Assembly: GCA_964620245.1 (NCBI GenBank)
Contig: CAZUJC010000002.1
Location: 68-64,067, forward strand
Reading direction: 5' to 3'
Length of the DNA stretch: 64,000 nt
DNA from: an uncultured Pseudomonadota bacterium
GTDB lineage: Bacteria; Babelota; Babeliae; Babelales; JACPOV01
Shown one piece after another: positions 1-8,567 of this stretch. A model generated the notes under the pieces. It did not search any database, had not been told where the DNA came from, and saw only the letters and a program-made list of their open reading frames with translations. Within the stretch, counting starts at the first letter, position 1. Every line of letters begins with the position of its first letter. Made by a program: the position numbers and the translations under genes.

Positions 1-457
1 CAGTTATGCCAGCAATCACTTTTGAATTTAATCCATCCAAATATTTTTTTTCATGGACTTTTAATAAATCTTGAGTGGAAACTTGCCCAGCAGGTGATCT
101 AAAATGATGATCGGAGAGGTTAAGTTCTTTTTTGATGAGGTTTTGTGCGCCCGCATATTTTGTTGAATCAAATGGATGGACCTTTTTGACAAGAGGTGCC
201 AGTCCATCCAAAGATATATTGTAACCATCATTATAAAAAATTGGTATTTTTTGGTTTTCAGGAACTGCTTTTTGCATTAATTTATAGGTGTAATTGTAGG
301 CGACTTTGCCAACAATGCACGTGCCAACGGCAGCAGCAACCAGTGTTTTTGTATTCCAAGTGAGTGGATTAAGTTCTTCCAATCCTATGCATTGAGTTTG
401 ATAGGGTTGCCCTACCACACTTAACAGGAGTAATAACAATAATTTATTCTTAAGCAT
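1..457 (-). CDS. Histone-deacetylase-family protein (HDAC11/class IV-like), N-terminal part only; ORF continues past the left edge
   Basis: My own reverse-strand translation from the ATG at 455-457 gives MLKNKLLLLLLLSVVGQ.. (hydrophobic leader), then ..IPIFYNDGYNISLDGL..VHPFDSTKY..STQDLLKVHEKKYLDGL... This parallels the N-terminal block of HDAC11-type deacetylases (PIVYSPRYNI..LHPFDAGKW..DLLVVHTRRYL, recalled from memory). It is absent from the ORF track because its stop lies outside the window. Confidence 0.65.
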   Translation of the reverse strand, partial: MLKNKLLLLLLLSVVGQPYQTQCIGLEELNPLTWNTKTLVAAAVGTCIVGKVAYNYTYKLMQKAVPENQKIPIFYNDGYNISLDGLAPLVKKVHPFDSTKYAGAQNLIKKELNLSDHHFRSPAGQVSTQDLLKVHEKKYLDGLNSKVIAGIT

Positions 458-466
458 AGCTGCCCT

Positions 467-1915
467 TTATAGTGATTTGTTTTTTATGTGTACCGATTTT
501 TTTTGCGCTACTGCACTATCAGTTTCTTTCAAAATATCTGCTAATTTATTAATTTTACCGGCACCTTGGAGCAAAATAAGATCATCCGGTTCAGTAATTG
601 TTTCAAGAATTCTGGTGATTGCGCTAAACGAATCATTAAGTGGTGCATAAAAAAGTGGAAAACGGGGATTGCGTTGCGCAATCGCTTTTGTTAAATTGGC
701 GCTCGTAATTTCGGCAATTGGGTCTTCGCATGCCGCATGAATATCAGTAATAATCAATGCATCGATCGGACTATCGATGAGCATTTGCACAAACCAATCC
801 CACAATTTGTGAGTTCTTGTGTAGCGATGTGGTTGAAACACCAAAATAAGTTTATTTTTCGCGCGTTTGCGAGCAACAAGCAACGTATTACGCAGTTCTT
901 CTGGGTGATGACCATAATCATCAAAAATTGATGCGCCTCGGTAGGAACCATTGTAGCTAAATCTTCGCTCGATGCCTTTAAATGTTGAAAGTGCTTGAGC
1001 AATTAATGCAAACGGAACTTCCAAGTGAAGTGCTAATGCGGTTGCGCCAAGTGCATTGAGCACATTGTGTCTTCCTGGCATGTTAAACTGAATAGTACCG
1101 AGTGGATTTTTCTGATTTTTAAGCGAAACAGCAAAATGTGACGAATCGGCATCGAGCACAACATCATGCGCATAAATGTCGGCGGAATCATCAAGGCCAT
1201 ATTTTACTGTTTTTAAATGTGGCAGCGGAAGGATTGAACGTGTGTGCGCATCATCAGTGCACAAAATTGCGCAGCCATAAAATGGTAAATTATTTAAAAA
1301 TTGTTTGTACGTATCTTTAATGTCATCAAGATCGCGATACGTTTCAAGATGTTCAAGATCGATATTGGTAACCAATGCAATGGTGGCATGAAGATGCAAA
1401 AAGGAGCGATCACTATCATCAGCTTCTGCAACTAAAAAATCGCCGGTGCCCCAACGCGCGTTTGCAGAAATATTTTTTAAATGGCCGCCGATAATAACCG
1501 TTGGGTCCATGTGTGCTTCAATGAGAATATGTGAAATGAGAGAAGTGGTGGTTGTTTTACCATGTGCACCGGTAATTGCAATGCTGTATTTGGTGCGCAT
1601 GAGTTCTGCAAGCATGAGCGCGCGACGAATAGTTGGAATACCACGTTTTTGTGCAGCAACTAATTCAGGGTGATCGGGACGAATCATTGTAGAATAAACA
1701 ACCGTATCAATGGAAGGATCATGACAAAGTGGTGAATTGTTTCCTTGATAAACTGAGCAGCCGCTCGCGAGTAAATCGACAACACTTTGTTGTTGCAAAT
1801 CGTTGTCACAACCAGAAATAACATACCCCTGGTTTTTCAAAATTTGAGCAATCCCGCTCATGCCAATGCCACCAATTCCGACAAAATGAATGTGCATTTT
1901 TTTGCGATGATACAT
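467..1915 (-). CDS. murC: UDP-N-acetylmuramate--L-alanine ligase
   Basis: 482-aa ORF with N-terminal HFVGIGGIGMSGIAQIL, Mur-ligase P-loop ITGAHGKTTTTSLI, and MurC-typical length and layout. A GAGGGA SD lies 5 nt upstream of the ATG at 1915; an alternative ATG is at 1897. Confidence 0.9.
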   Translation of the reverse strand: MYHRKKMHIHFVGIGGIGMSGIAQILKNQGYVISGCDNDLQQQSVVDLLASGCSVYQGNNSPLCHDPSIDTVVYSTMIRPDHPELVAAQKRGIPTIRRALMLAELMRTKYSIAITGAHGKTTTTSLISHILIEAHMDPTVIIGGHLKNISANARWGTGDFLVAEADDSDRSFLHLHATIALVTNIDLEHLETYRDLDDIKDTYKQFLNNLPFYGCAILCTDDAHTRSILPLPHLKTVKYGLDDSADIYAHDVVLDADSSHFAVSLKNQKNPLGTIQFNMPGRHNVLNALGATALALHLEVPFALIAQALSTFKGIERRFSYNGSYRGASIFDDYGHHPEELRNTLLVARKRAKNKLILVFQPHRYTRTHKLWDWFVQMLIDSPIDALIITDIHAACEDPIAEITSANLTKAIAQRNPRFPLFYAPLNDSFSAITRILETITEPDDLILLQGAGKINKLADILKETDSAVAQKKSVHIKNKSL

Positions 1916-1973
1916 TAATATCCCTCATGTTGATAAAGTACAGTGAGTTTAATGTATCAAAAAAATAATGAGT

Positions 1974-2303
1974 TCAATATAATTTACCACCATTTGGTAC
2001 TTGATGCGTCGGGATCAAGAGTGTTGGTTGTTTGTCTGAATTTGGTACACCAAGGGTCAAAACTTGTGAAATAAATGGACCAATCTGTTTTGGTGCAAAA
2101 TTAACGACCGCAATTATTTGTTTTCCCAATAAAAAATCTTTCGTGTACTGCGTAATTTGTGCAGAAGATTTTTTGATGCCAATTGTTGGACCAAAATCGA
2201 TGGTGAGTTTGTAGGCCGGTTTGCGGGCTTCAGGAAAATCTTCAACAGCAATAATAGTACCAACACGAATATCAACTTGTTCAAAATCGTGATACGAAAT
2301 CAT
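1974..2303 (-). CDS. tRNA-binding OB-fold protein (CsaA/Trbp111/EMAP-domain type)
   Basis: 109 aa. FEQVDIRVGTIIAVEDFPEARKPAYKLTIDFGP..KKSSAQIT....GKQIIAVVNFAPKQIGPF matches the CsaA/tRNA-binding domain pattern. Confidence 0.7.
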   Translation of the reverse strand: MISYHDFEQVDIRVGTIIAVEDFPEARKPAYKLTIDFGPTIGIKKSSAQITQYTKDFLLGKQIIAVVNFAPKQIGPFISQVLTLGVPNSDKQPTLLIPTHQVPNGGKLY

Positions 2304-2312
2304 GGAGTTCCT

Positions 2313-3719
2313 TTATGCAGTGCGGCGCGCAGATGAAGTGAAAAAAGAAACAATAAAAATAAGAGCCAATCCGATAATAAACCCAGGGGCAAGTGGCATG
2401 AAATTCAAATTAAGATGTGGCCATGCAATTCCAAAAACACCGCCAAAAAGCATTGCACATATCGCACCAAATTTATTTGCGCGTTTTAAATAGAGCGCTG
2501 CAATTACCGTAGGTGCAAATGCAAGACCAAGACCTGACCACGCATAGGTTACCAAATCATTAATAGTGCTTGTACTGTTACGCGCAATAACATAAGCAAT
2601 TAATGGTAAAATTACCACGCATGCACGAATGATAAATAGTGAAGCATGTGCGCTGAGTTGTCGCTTAATGATTCGCTTAATAAAATCTTCAGAAATGTTT
2701 GATGCAGTTGCCAAAATTTGTGCGGTCATCACTGACATGGTAGCTGCCACAATTGCACACAAAACCAGTCCAGCAAACAGTGGGTGGAAGAGTTCTTTTA
2801 CCATTTCAATGTACACTAGTTCTCTGTTTGGAAGTTGTGTTGCAAAAAATTGGGTGCCAAGTAGACCAATAATGGTGGCTGCGGTGAGAACAATTATTTG
2901 CCAGGTGATACCAATATATTTTGCTTGGTAAATTTTTTCAGGTTGTTTGATGCCCATAAAATTGATCAAAATATGCGGTGAACCAAAATAACCAAGCCCC
3001 CAACCGGTTGATAAAATTAAAATTTGGCTTACGGTTGCATATGAAAAATCTGGGACAAATTGATTCGCCATCCATGCAAATGAAAGTGTTGAGCTGCTGC
3101 CAAGGTGCCACCAGGCAAAAAGTGGTACAATGCAAATCATAACAACCAAAAAGAGACCGCGGAACATATCGCCCCATGCAACGGCCACAAATCCACCAAT
3201 CAAAATATTAACCACCACAATTAAAATACTAATCGCGATTCCGTGATCATACGCAATACCAAAAGTGGACTGGAAAAGACGCCCAAGCCCGATGAGTCCG
3301 GCAGCAATATAGTAACTCAAAAAATAAAGCGTAAAAAAAACGGTCATGAGGCGCAATAATCCTGAACTGTCTTCAAAGCGGCGCTCAAAAAATGAGGCAA
3401 GTGTAACGCTATTATAGTGTTCGGTGGCAATGCGCAAGCGGGGAGCAATAAAGTGCCAGTTTAAAAACATAAAAACAACTAATCCAATGGCAACCCACCC
3501 ATAAAAAAGACCGCAGCCATAAATGAGTCCTGGATAACCCATAAAAAGCCAATCACTCATGTCGCTTGCTTGTGCAGCAATTGCAGCTACCCAGTAACTC
3601 ACTGAGCGATTTGCTAAAATAAATGCACCTGAATTGCGGTTTTTGCGATAAAAATAAAGGCTGACACCAAAAAAGAACGCAAAATAAGCAATAAACGAAA
3701 AGAGATACGCACTGTTCAT
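2313..3719 (-). CDS. Sodium:solute symporter family transporter (PutP-like)
   Basis: 468 aa and polytopic. The N-terminal ..YRKNRNSGAFILANRSVSYWVAAIAAQASDMSDWLFMGYPGLIY.. is the SSF signature region (compare PutP ..GGRSLGP.V.ALSAGASDMSGWLLMGLPG). Confidence 0.8.
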   Translation of the reverse strand: MNSAYLFSFIAYFAFFFGVSLYFYRKNRNSGAFILANRSVSYWVAAIAAQASDMSDWLFMGYPGLIYGCGLFYGWVAIGLVVFMFLNWHFIAPRLRIATEHYNSVTLASFFERRFEDSSGLLRLMTVFFTLYFLSYYIAAGLIGLGRLFQSTFGIAYDHGIAISILIVVVNILIGGFVAVAWGDMFRGLFLVVMICIVPLFAWWHLGSSSTLSFAWMANQFVPDFSYATVSQILILSTGWGLGYFGSPHILINFMGIKQPEKIYQAKYIGITWQIIVLTAATIIGLLGTQFFATQLPNRELVYIEMVKELFHPLFAGLVLCAIVAATMSVMTAQILATASNISEDFIKRIIKRQLSAHASLFIIRACVVILPLIAYVIARNSTSTINDLVTYAWSGLGLAFAPTVIAALYLKRANKFGAICAMLFGGVFGIAWPHLNLNFMPLAPGFIIGLALIFIVSFFTSSARRTA

Positions 3720-4043
3720 GATTTACAATCCTTAAAAAGATCGATGGAGAATGATTTCTTTTGAAAATACCTAGATAAAACAATTATGGTAAAGAGTTGA
3801 TAATCGAAGTGCTCGATTATTAAAAGTTTTCTACCCCGCGGGGAAAGATATGAACGAAAGAAAAGAAATATTCACAGAACTGCATGGACGAACCATTTTT
3901 GTGAGTTAATAGATGCATTTTAAGATACATTCAAAGAAAAATACTGTCAAATTGTTGTTTGTTTTGCACATTGAAAAAACGTTGATAAACTGGGGAAAAT
4001 TTAGCTCGTTAAAAAAAATAATACCGATTCAAAAAGGAAGCAC

Positions 4044-4625
4044 ATGGTGCGCTACAAAAATGTTTTTTTTCTCCCCCTAATTTTGTTTACCGTGGTAACA
4101 AAAGCGATGCAAACAACAACAAAGACTTTGAGTATTCGGCCATATGGCAAGGCAGATTATGAGCACGTTATGAGCTTACTAGATTCAAATAGAAAGAAAG
4201 TTCTTGATAATTTAACAACGAGAAAAACAATCAAAATGACCATTTCGAATAGTGGAACGAATGAGTGGCAGGTATTACGCACGGTTGAATTTAATACTGA
4301 TATTTGTTGTACGAATGAAAAAATTATTGGCTTTGTGCATTATATTAAGGTTGAGCCTAGTTTTTTGTGCATTGAATTTGATAAAATATGTTGTATCAAA
4401 GCATTTGTTATCGAAGAAGGTCAGCGGCGCAAAGGTTACGGCAGCAGATTGTTAAAAGAGATGCTAAGCGAGATGCAGAAAAAAGAAATTGATCATATTT
4501 GGGTGCGAATTGACCAAAAAAATAAAACAGCGATGAAATTCTTTGAACGCAACGGTTTTAAAAAGAGTGCTGAAAATGGACAATTTAACGATTATTCTCT
4601 TCGGATTGAACACAAGGATGAGTAA
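4044..4625 (+). CDS. GNAT-family N-acetyltransferase with N-terminal hydrophobic leader
   Basis: GNAT motif A FVIEEGQRRKGYGSRLLKEML (Q/R-x-x-G-x-G/A acetyl-CoA loop) and ..AMKFFERNGFKK. An AAGGAAG SD sits just upstream of ATG 4044. The N-terminus reads VFFLPLILFTVVTKA. Confidence 0.75.
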   Translation: MVRYKNVFFLPLILFTVVTKAMQTTTKTLSIRPYGKADYEHVMSLLDSNRKKVLDNLTTRKTIKMTISNSGTNEWQVLRTVEFNTDICCTNEKIIGFVHYIKVEPSFLCIEFDKICCIKAFVIEEGQRRKGYGSRLLKEMLSEMQKKEIDHIWVRIDQKNKTAMKFFERNGFKKSAENGQFNDYSLRIEHKDE

Positions 4626-4651
4626 ATTATTTTGTTAGGAAAAAAAGGGGG

Positions 4652-5239
4652 ATGAATATGGTTGATGGCTTAGGACTTATTGTGCCGGCATTTTTAATGA
4701 ATTTTTTAATGGGAGATGCTGAAGAATCGCGTGTAAAAAAACCACGTGAGAGTGCTGAAATCGTTATTTCCTCAGAAAAACAGAAAGAGGGCTCTCAGTT
4801 TTGCGTTGCAAAAGGAGGAGTAGCTGATAAAACCGAAGATTTTTTTGATGAGAGAATAGGATTAGTCAAAACGGGTGTTAAACATCGTATTCTGTTAAAT
4901 AATGAAAAAAAATGTGGTTTTGCGCGCTACAAAACCATTCAGTCTGCGCGGCACCTAGGTAGTTATGCCTTTGTTGATCGCTTTTCTGTTGCATTTTGGC
5001 ATTTAAATAAACCGGAAGATATCGATGCTGCTTATGAAATACTCTATCAAGCGATTCGTAACGATTTAAAATTTCCACGCTCGGTTGAGCTGATTATTCC
5101 CGAAACAGATTTGTTAACTAAGGATTGGTGCAGCCGAAGAGGTTTTAAGAAACTTCAAAAATATGATAATAAACCGTATAAAAGTTATCTTATGTCATTC
5201 AGAAAGCCTAATCTATCTGATCAAACAGAAAGTGATTGA
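4652..5239 (+). CDS. Hypothetical protein; divergent GNAT-like paralogue of the upstream gene without a recognisable acetyl-CoA loop
   Basis: 195 aa with an AGGGGGA SD upstream. It shares blocks with the neighbour (NEKKCGFARY vs NEKIIGFVHY; WCSRRGFKK vs FFERNGFKK), but the Q/RxxGxG/A position reads FWHLNKPEDIDAAYEIL. Confidence 0.55.
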   Translation: MNMVDGLGLIVPAFLMNFLMGDAEESRVKKPRESAEIVISSEKQKEGSQFCVAKGGVADKTEDFFDERIGLVKTGVKHRILLNNEKKCGFARYKTIQSARHLGSYAFVDRFSVAFWHLNKPEDIDAAYEILYQAIRNDLKFPRSVELIIPETDLLTKDWCSRRGFKKLQKYDNKPYKSYLMSFRKPNLSDQTESD

Positions 5240-6684
5240 GCTTGTTGGATGTACTGCTTAAGTTTTTTTGCATCTAATTTTTTGAGTTGTTGATAGGCGA
5301 TTGCCATTCTGGGATTGTGTGCGAGCTTTTTTTTATTGCGGTACAAAAAAAACCAGTAATGAGCATTCCATTGATCACACCACGCCCCTTTGTGGAATGT
5401 TGTGCTCATGGTACGAATGTAGTTTGAGGACGAAATATATGGTTTTGTCATCATCAGGCCGCCGTCAGCAAATTGGCTCATGCCAAACACATTTGGAATC
5501 ATTACCCAGTCATAAGCATCAATAAAAAGTTCCATAAACCATTTATAGACATCTTGCGGATTGGTTTGGTGTAAAAGCATATAGTTGCCAAGAATCATGA
5601 GCCGTTCAATATGGTGAGCGTAAGCATAGGTGAGTACTTTCTGTATGGTGGTGTCAATTGGTGCGATGCCAGTGGTTGCGTTCCACCATGATGAAGGTAG
5701 TTTGTGGGTGTGTTTGAAAAAATTGCTTTTTTTCTGTTTTTCACCATGCATGATATAGATACCGCGTACATATTCTCGCCAACCAAGAATTTGTCGAACA
5801 AACCCTTCGATGGAATTAAGCGCAATCGAATGTGCGCGGCCATACGCAACTGCTTTTTCAACAACAAATTGTGGGGTGAGCAATCCACAATTGAGCAACG
5901 GTGAAAGCACTGAATGAAATAAAAATGGCTGTTCCTGGTTTATGGCATCTTGGTAAACACCAAAAAAGGCAAATCGTTTGTGTAAAAAATCATCAAACCA
6001 CCTATGAGCGTCATTAAAAGTGACCGGATAACAAAATTGATTAATGCTACCCGGATTTTTTGCAAAACAGTTTTGTGTATAGCTCATTGCTTCTTTAACA
6101 AACGGAGTTGTTTTTGGTTTCCATGCGGGTGGTATTTTTATGTGAGCTGGAATTTTTTTTCGATTTTCCACATCAAATGTCCATTTGCCACCAATTGGTT
6201 TATTTTTGTGCACAAGAATCGAAAAACGTTTACGTTGCTGTACATAAAAAGGATACAACCGAAACGATTTTTTCGCTTTTTTAAACGTTTCACGAACGAT
6301 TTTGTCAGAAAGCATGAATGCAGGTGTTTCATGTTTTTCTGTTTTGATTGAGAGTGATTTGCATAGTTTATTAAGCGATTTCTCAACGATCGTATCAACT
6401 GGGTCGATATACTTAATTTTTTTTATTTTATGTGCGTTAATTATTTTTTCTATTGATTCATTAAATGAGCAATAGAGTACGGTATGTTTGTTTTTTTTAA
6501 GATGCTGTTTATAAAATTGCATTGTTGCGCGATGAAGAACTAATTTCGTTTTATGAAATCCAAATCGCGTGAAAAAATGAGGTGCTTCCCACAAAATAAG
6601 CGGAAGATCTGTTTTTAGTAATTCATGATGCTCAAAGAGTTGATGCGGAAAAATGAGAATCACTTCATCATATTGTTTTTTCAT
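5221..6684 (-). CDS. Cryptochrome/photolyase-family protein of the FeS-BCP / prokaryotic (6-4) photolyase type (PhrB/CryB-like, COG3046)
   Basis: 487 aa. Blocks GGKWTFDVENRKKIP, HSVLSPLLNCGLL, IEGFVRQILGWREYVRGIY, AYAHHIERLMILGNYMLL and IPNVFGMSQFADGGLMMTKPYISSSNYI match the PhrB/CryB family as I recall it. The start overlaps the stop of the upstream photolyase (ATGA). Confidence 0.75.
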   Translation of the reverse strand: MKKQYDEVILIFPHQLFEHHELLKTDLPLILWEAPHFFTRFGFHKTKLVLHRATMQFYKQHLKKNKHTVLYCSFNESIEKIINAHKIKKIKYIDPVDTIVEKSLNKLCKSLSIKTEKHETPAFMLSDKIVRETFKKAKKSFRLYPFYVQQRKRFSILVHKNKPIGGKWTFDVENRKKIPAHIKIPPAWKPKTTPFVKEAMSYTQNCFAKNPGSINQFCYPVTFNDAHRWFDDFLHKRFAFFGVYQDAINQEQPFLFHSVLSPLLNCGLLTPQFVVEKAVAYGRAHSIALNSIEGFVRQILGWREYVRGIYIMHGEKQKKSNFFKHTHKLPSSWWNATTGIAPIDTTIQKVLTYAYAHHIERLMILGNYMLLHQTNPQDVYKWFMELFIDAYDWVMIPNVFGMSQFADGGLMMTKPYISSSNYIRTMSTTFHKGAWCDQWNAHYWFFLYRNKKKLAHNPRMAIAYQQLKKLDAKKLKQYIQQAQSLSV

Positions 6685-8066
6685 GATTTTACATCTCGGT
6701 ACATAATTTTTGCACGCGTACTTTCTTTTTGATGATCAACCATTGGGCATGGATAATCAATGGTGTATTTTGTGCATTGTTTGTACCATGCATGAATTAT
6801 ATCTGATGGAAGATTTTTTAATTCAGGAATCCAACGTTTGATATACACGCAATCACGATCAAATTTTTTTTGCTGCAACCATGGATTGAAAATGCGAAAA
6901 TAGGGTTGCGCATCACATCCGGTTGAAGCACTCCATTGCCAATTACCATTATTGACTGATGGATCGTAATCAACTAGTTGTTGGGCAAAATATTTTTCAC
7001 CCCAGCGCCAATCAATATGCAAATCTTTCGTTAAAAATGATGCAACAATCATGCGCACTCGATTGTGCATGAATCCAGTGGTGTTAAGTTGCCGCATGCC
7101 TGCATCAACAATGGGAAAGCCGGTTGTTCCAGTGCACCACCGGTTAAAATCTTTTTTATCAGCATTCCATGGTAATGTATCGTATTTTTTATGAAAAGCA
7201 TGACCAAATACGAATGGTGAATGATAGGCAACATGGGTGAAAAAATCACGCCAATAGAGTTGGCGCACCAATGGATGATGTACACCGAGTGTTGTGCTCA
7301 GTGCGTGATGAACTTGACGCACCGAAACGGTGCCAAATTTTAAATGTGCAGAAAGTCCAGTGGTAGGTAGCGCAGGAAAATCACGTTCTTTTTGATAATT
7401 TATAAATTGCTTGAGCGATTTTAAAATACGCAATGCATTACTGCTGCCACCGTGCACATGAATTTTTTTGTTTGAAGTTGGGATAATCTTTTTATAGATC
7501 ACATTTGCAGTACATGCAGCATCAATTTTTTTTTGATAAAAATGAATTGATGGTAATTTTTGTGGTTTTTTTACCGGATGATAAAGCGACGCTTTCAAAA
7601 ATGGGGTGAAAATACTGTACGGTGTACCATCTTGTTTGAGAATTTCTTCTGGTTCATGCAACAATGCATCACCACATTGCTCAAACTCAACTCTATGGTG
7701 AACGCAAAGTTTTTTTAGTGCTTCATCACGTTTGATGCTGAATGGCGTATAATCACGATTGGTAAAAACTACATCAATTTTTTCAGTTTTCAACAATCGT
7801 TCAACAATCTGCAGCGTTTTTCCGGAAAAAAAATATAAGCGTCCTTTTTTTTTCTTAATTTGGTTATCAAGATCTTGGAGAGATTCGATCATGAATTGAA
7901 TTGCATTTTTGCTGCGATAGTTATTGTAAGAACCAACTTGTTGTTCATCAAAAATAAAACAGGGAATAATAGTTGTCGATTTTTGTGCAGCAGCAATTAA
8001 TGCGGTATTGTCTTGAAGCCGTAGATCACGATGAAAAATAAAAAGAGCAGTGCGAGGCGGTTTCAT
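6681..8066 (-). CDS. phr: Deoxyribodipyrimidine (CPD) photolyase / DASH-type photolyase-family flavoprotein
   Basis: FAD-binding C-terminal signature TGFPIVDAGMRQLNTTGFMHNRVRMIVASFLTKDLHIDWRWGEKYFAQQLVDYDPSVNNGNWQWSASTGCDAQPYFRIFNP. The N-terminus ALFIFHRDLRLQDN resembles E. coli Phr. I place the start at ATG 8066 (MKPPRTALFIF); the ORF-track start at 8117 would overlap the MerR gene by 47 nt. Confidence 0.9.
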   Translation of the reverse strand: MKPPRTALFIFHRDLRLQDNTALIAAAQKSTTIIPCFIFDEQQVGSYNNYRSKNAIQFMIESLQDLDNQIKKKKGRLYFFSGKTLQIVERLLKTEKIDVVFTNRDYTPFSIKRDEALKKLCVHHRVEFEQCGDALLHEPEEILKQDGTPYSIFTPFLKASLYHPVKKPQKLPSIHFYQKKIDAACTANVIYKKIIPTSNKKIHVHGGSSNALRILKSLKQFINYQKERDFPALPTTGLSAHLKFGTVSVRQVHHALSTTLGVHHPLVRQLYWRDFFTHVAYHSPFVFGHAFHKKYDTLPWNADKKDFNRWCTGTTGFPIVDAGMRQLNTTGFMHNRVRMIVASFLTKDLHIDWRWGEKYFAQQLVDYDPSVNNGNWQWSASTGCDAQPYFRIFNPWLQQKKFDRDCVYIKRWIPELKNLPSDIIHAWYKQCTKYTIDYPCPMVDHQKESTRAKIMYRDVKS

Positions 8067-8070
8067 ATTT

Positions 8071-8442
8071 TTATAACAGTTCACGCAATTTAATAAGTTG
8101 TTTTTGTAGTAACGCAATTTGTTGCGTAATAGATTCGGGAATTAGAGCATTTGGTTCTTGATGAATTACAAAACTTGTTTTTGCAGATGCAGTAATGTTG
8201 GTAAGCGGTTCTTGTTCTTCAAGTAGTTTTTTTGCACCAGCAATGGTAAAACCTTGGCTATAAAGAAGTTCTTTAATTCGTTTGAATCGTTCAATTTCAT
8301 ATTGTTCATAACAACGCTGGCCACCAATTGAACGCGAACAACTTAAACCGAACTCTCGTTCCCAAAAACGAATAACAAATCGTTTCACATTGAGTTCTTT
8401 GGCAACATGGCCAATTCGATATTGTTTTCTTTGCCTATTCAT
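8071..8442 (-). CDS. MerR-family transcriptional regulator (short, no effector/B12 domain)
   Basis: 123 aa. The N-terminal HTH YRIGHVAKELNVKRFVIRFWEREFGL......GGQRCYEQYEIERFKRIKELLYSQGFTIAGAKKLL is a canonical MerR helix-turn-helix plus wing. Confidence 0.8.
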   Translation of the reverse strand: MNRQRKQYRIGHVAKELNVKRFVIRFWEREFGLSCSRSIGGQRCYEQYEIERFKRIKELLYSQGFTIAGAKKLLEEQEPLTNITASAKTSFVIHQEPNALIPESITQQIALLQKQLIKLRELL

Positions 8443-8567
8443 AATACATCCCTTTATATGAATTTAATACCCAATGCACTTGTTTTGAGTAGCTGAACTC
8501 TTTCTTATCTGGTACACTAACAAAAAAATGCTTACAAATACTATCGTTTTGGGTCAAGGTATCATAG

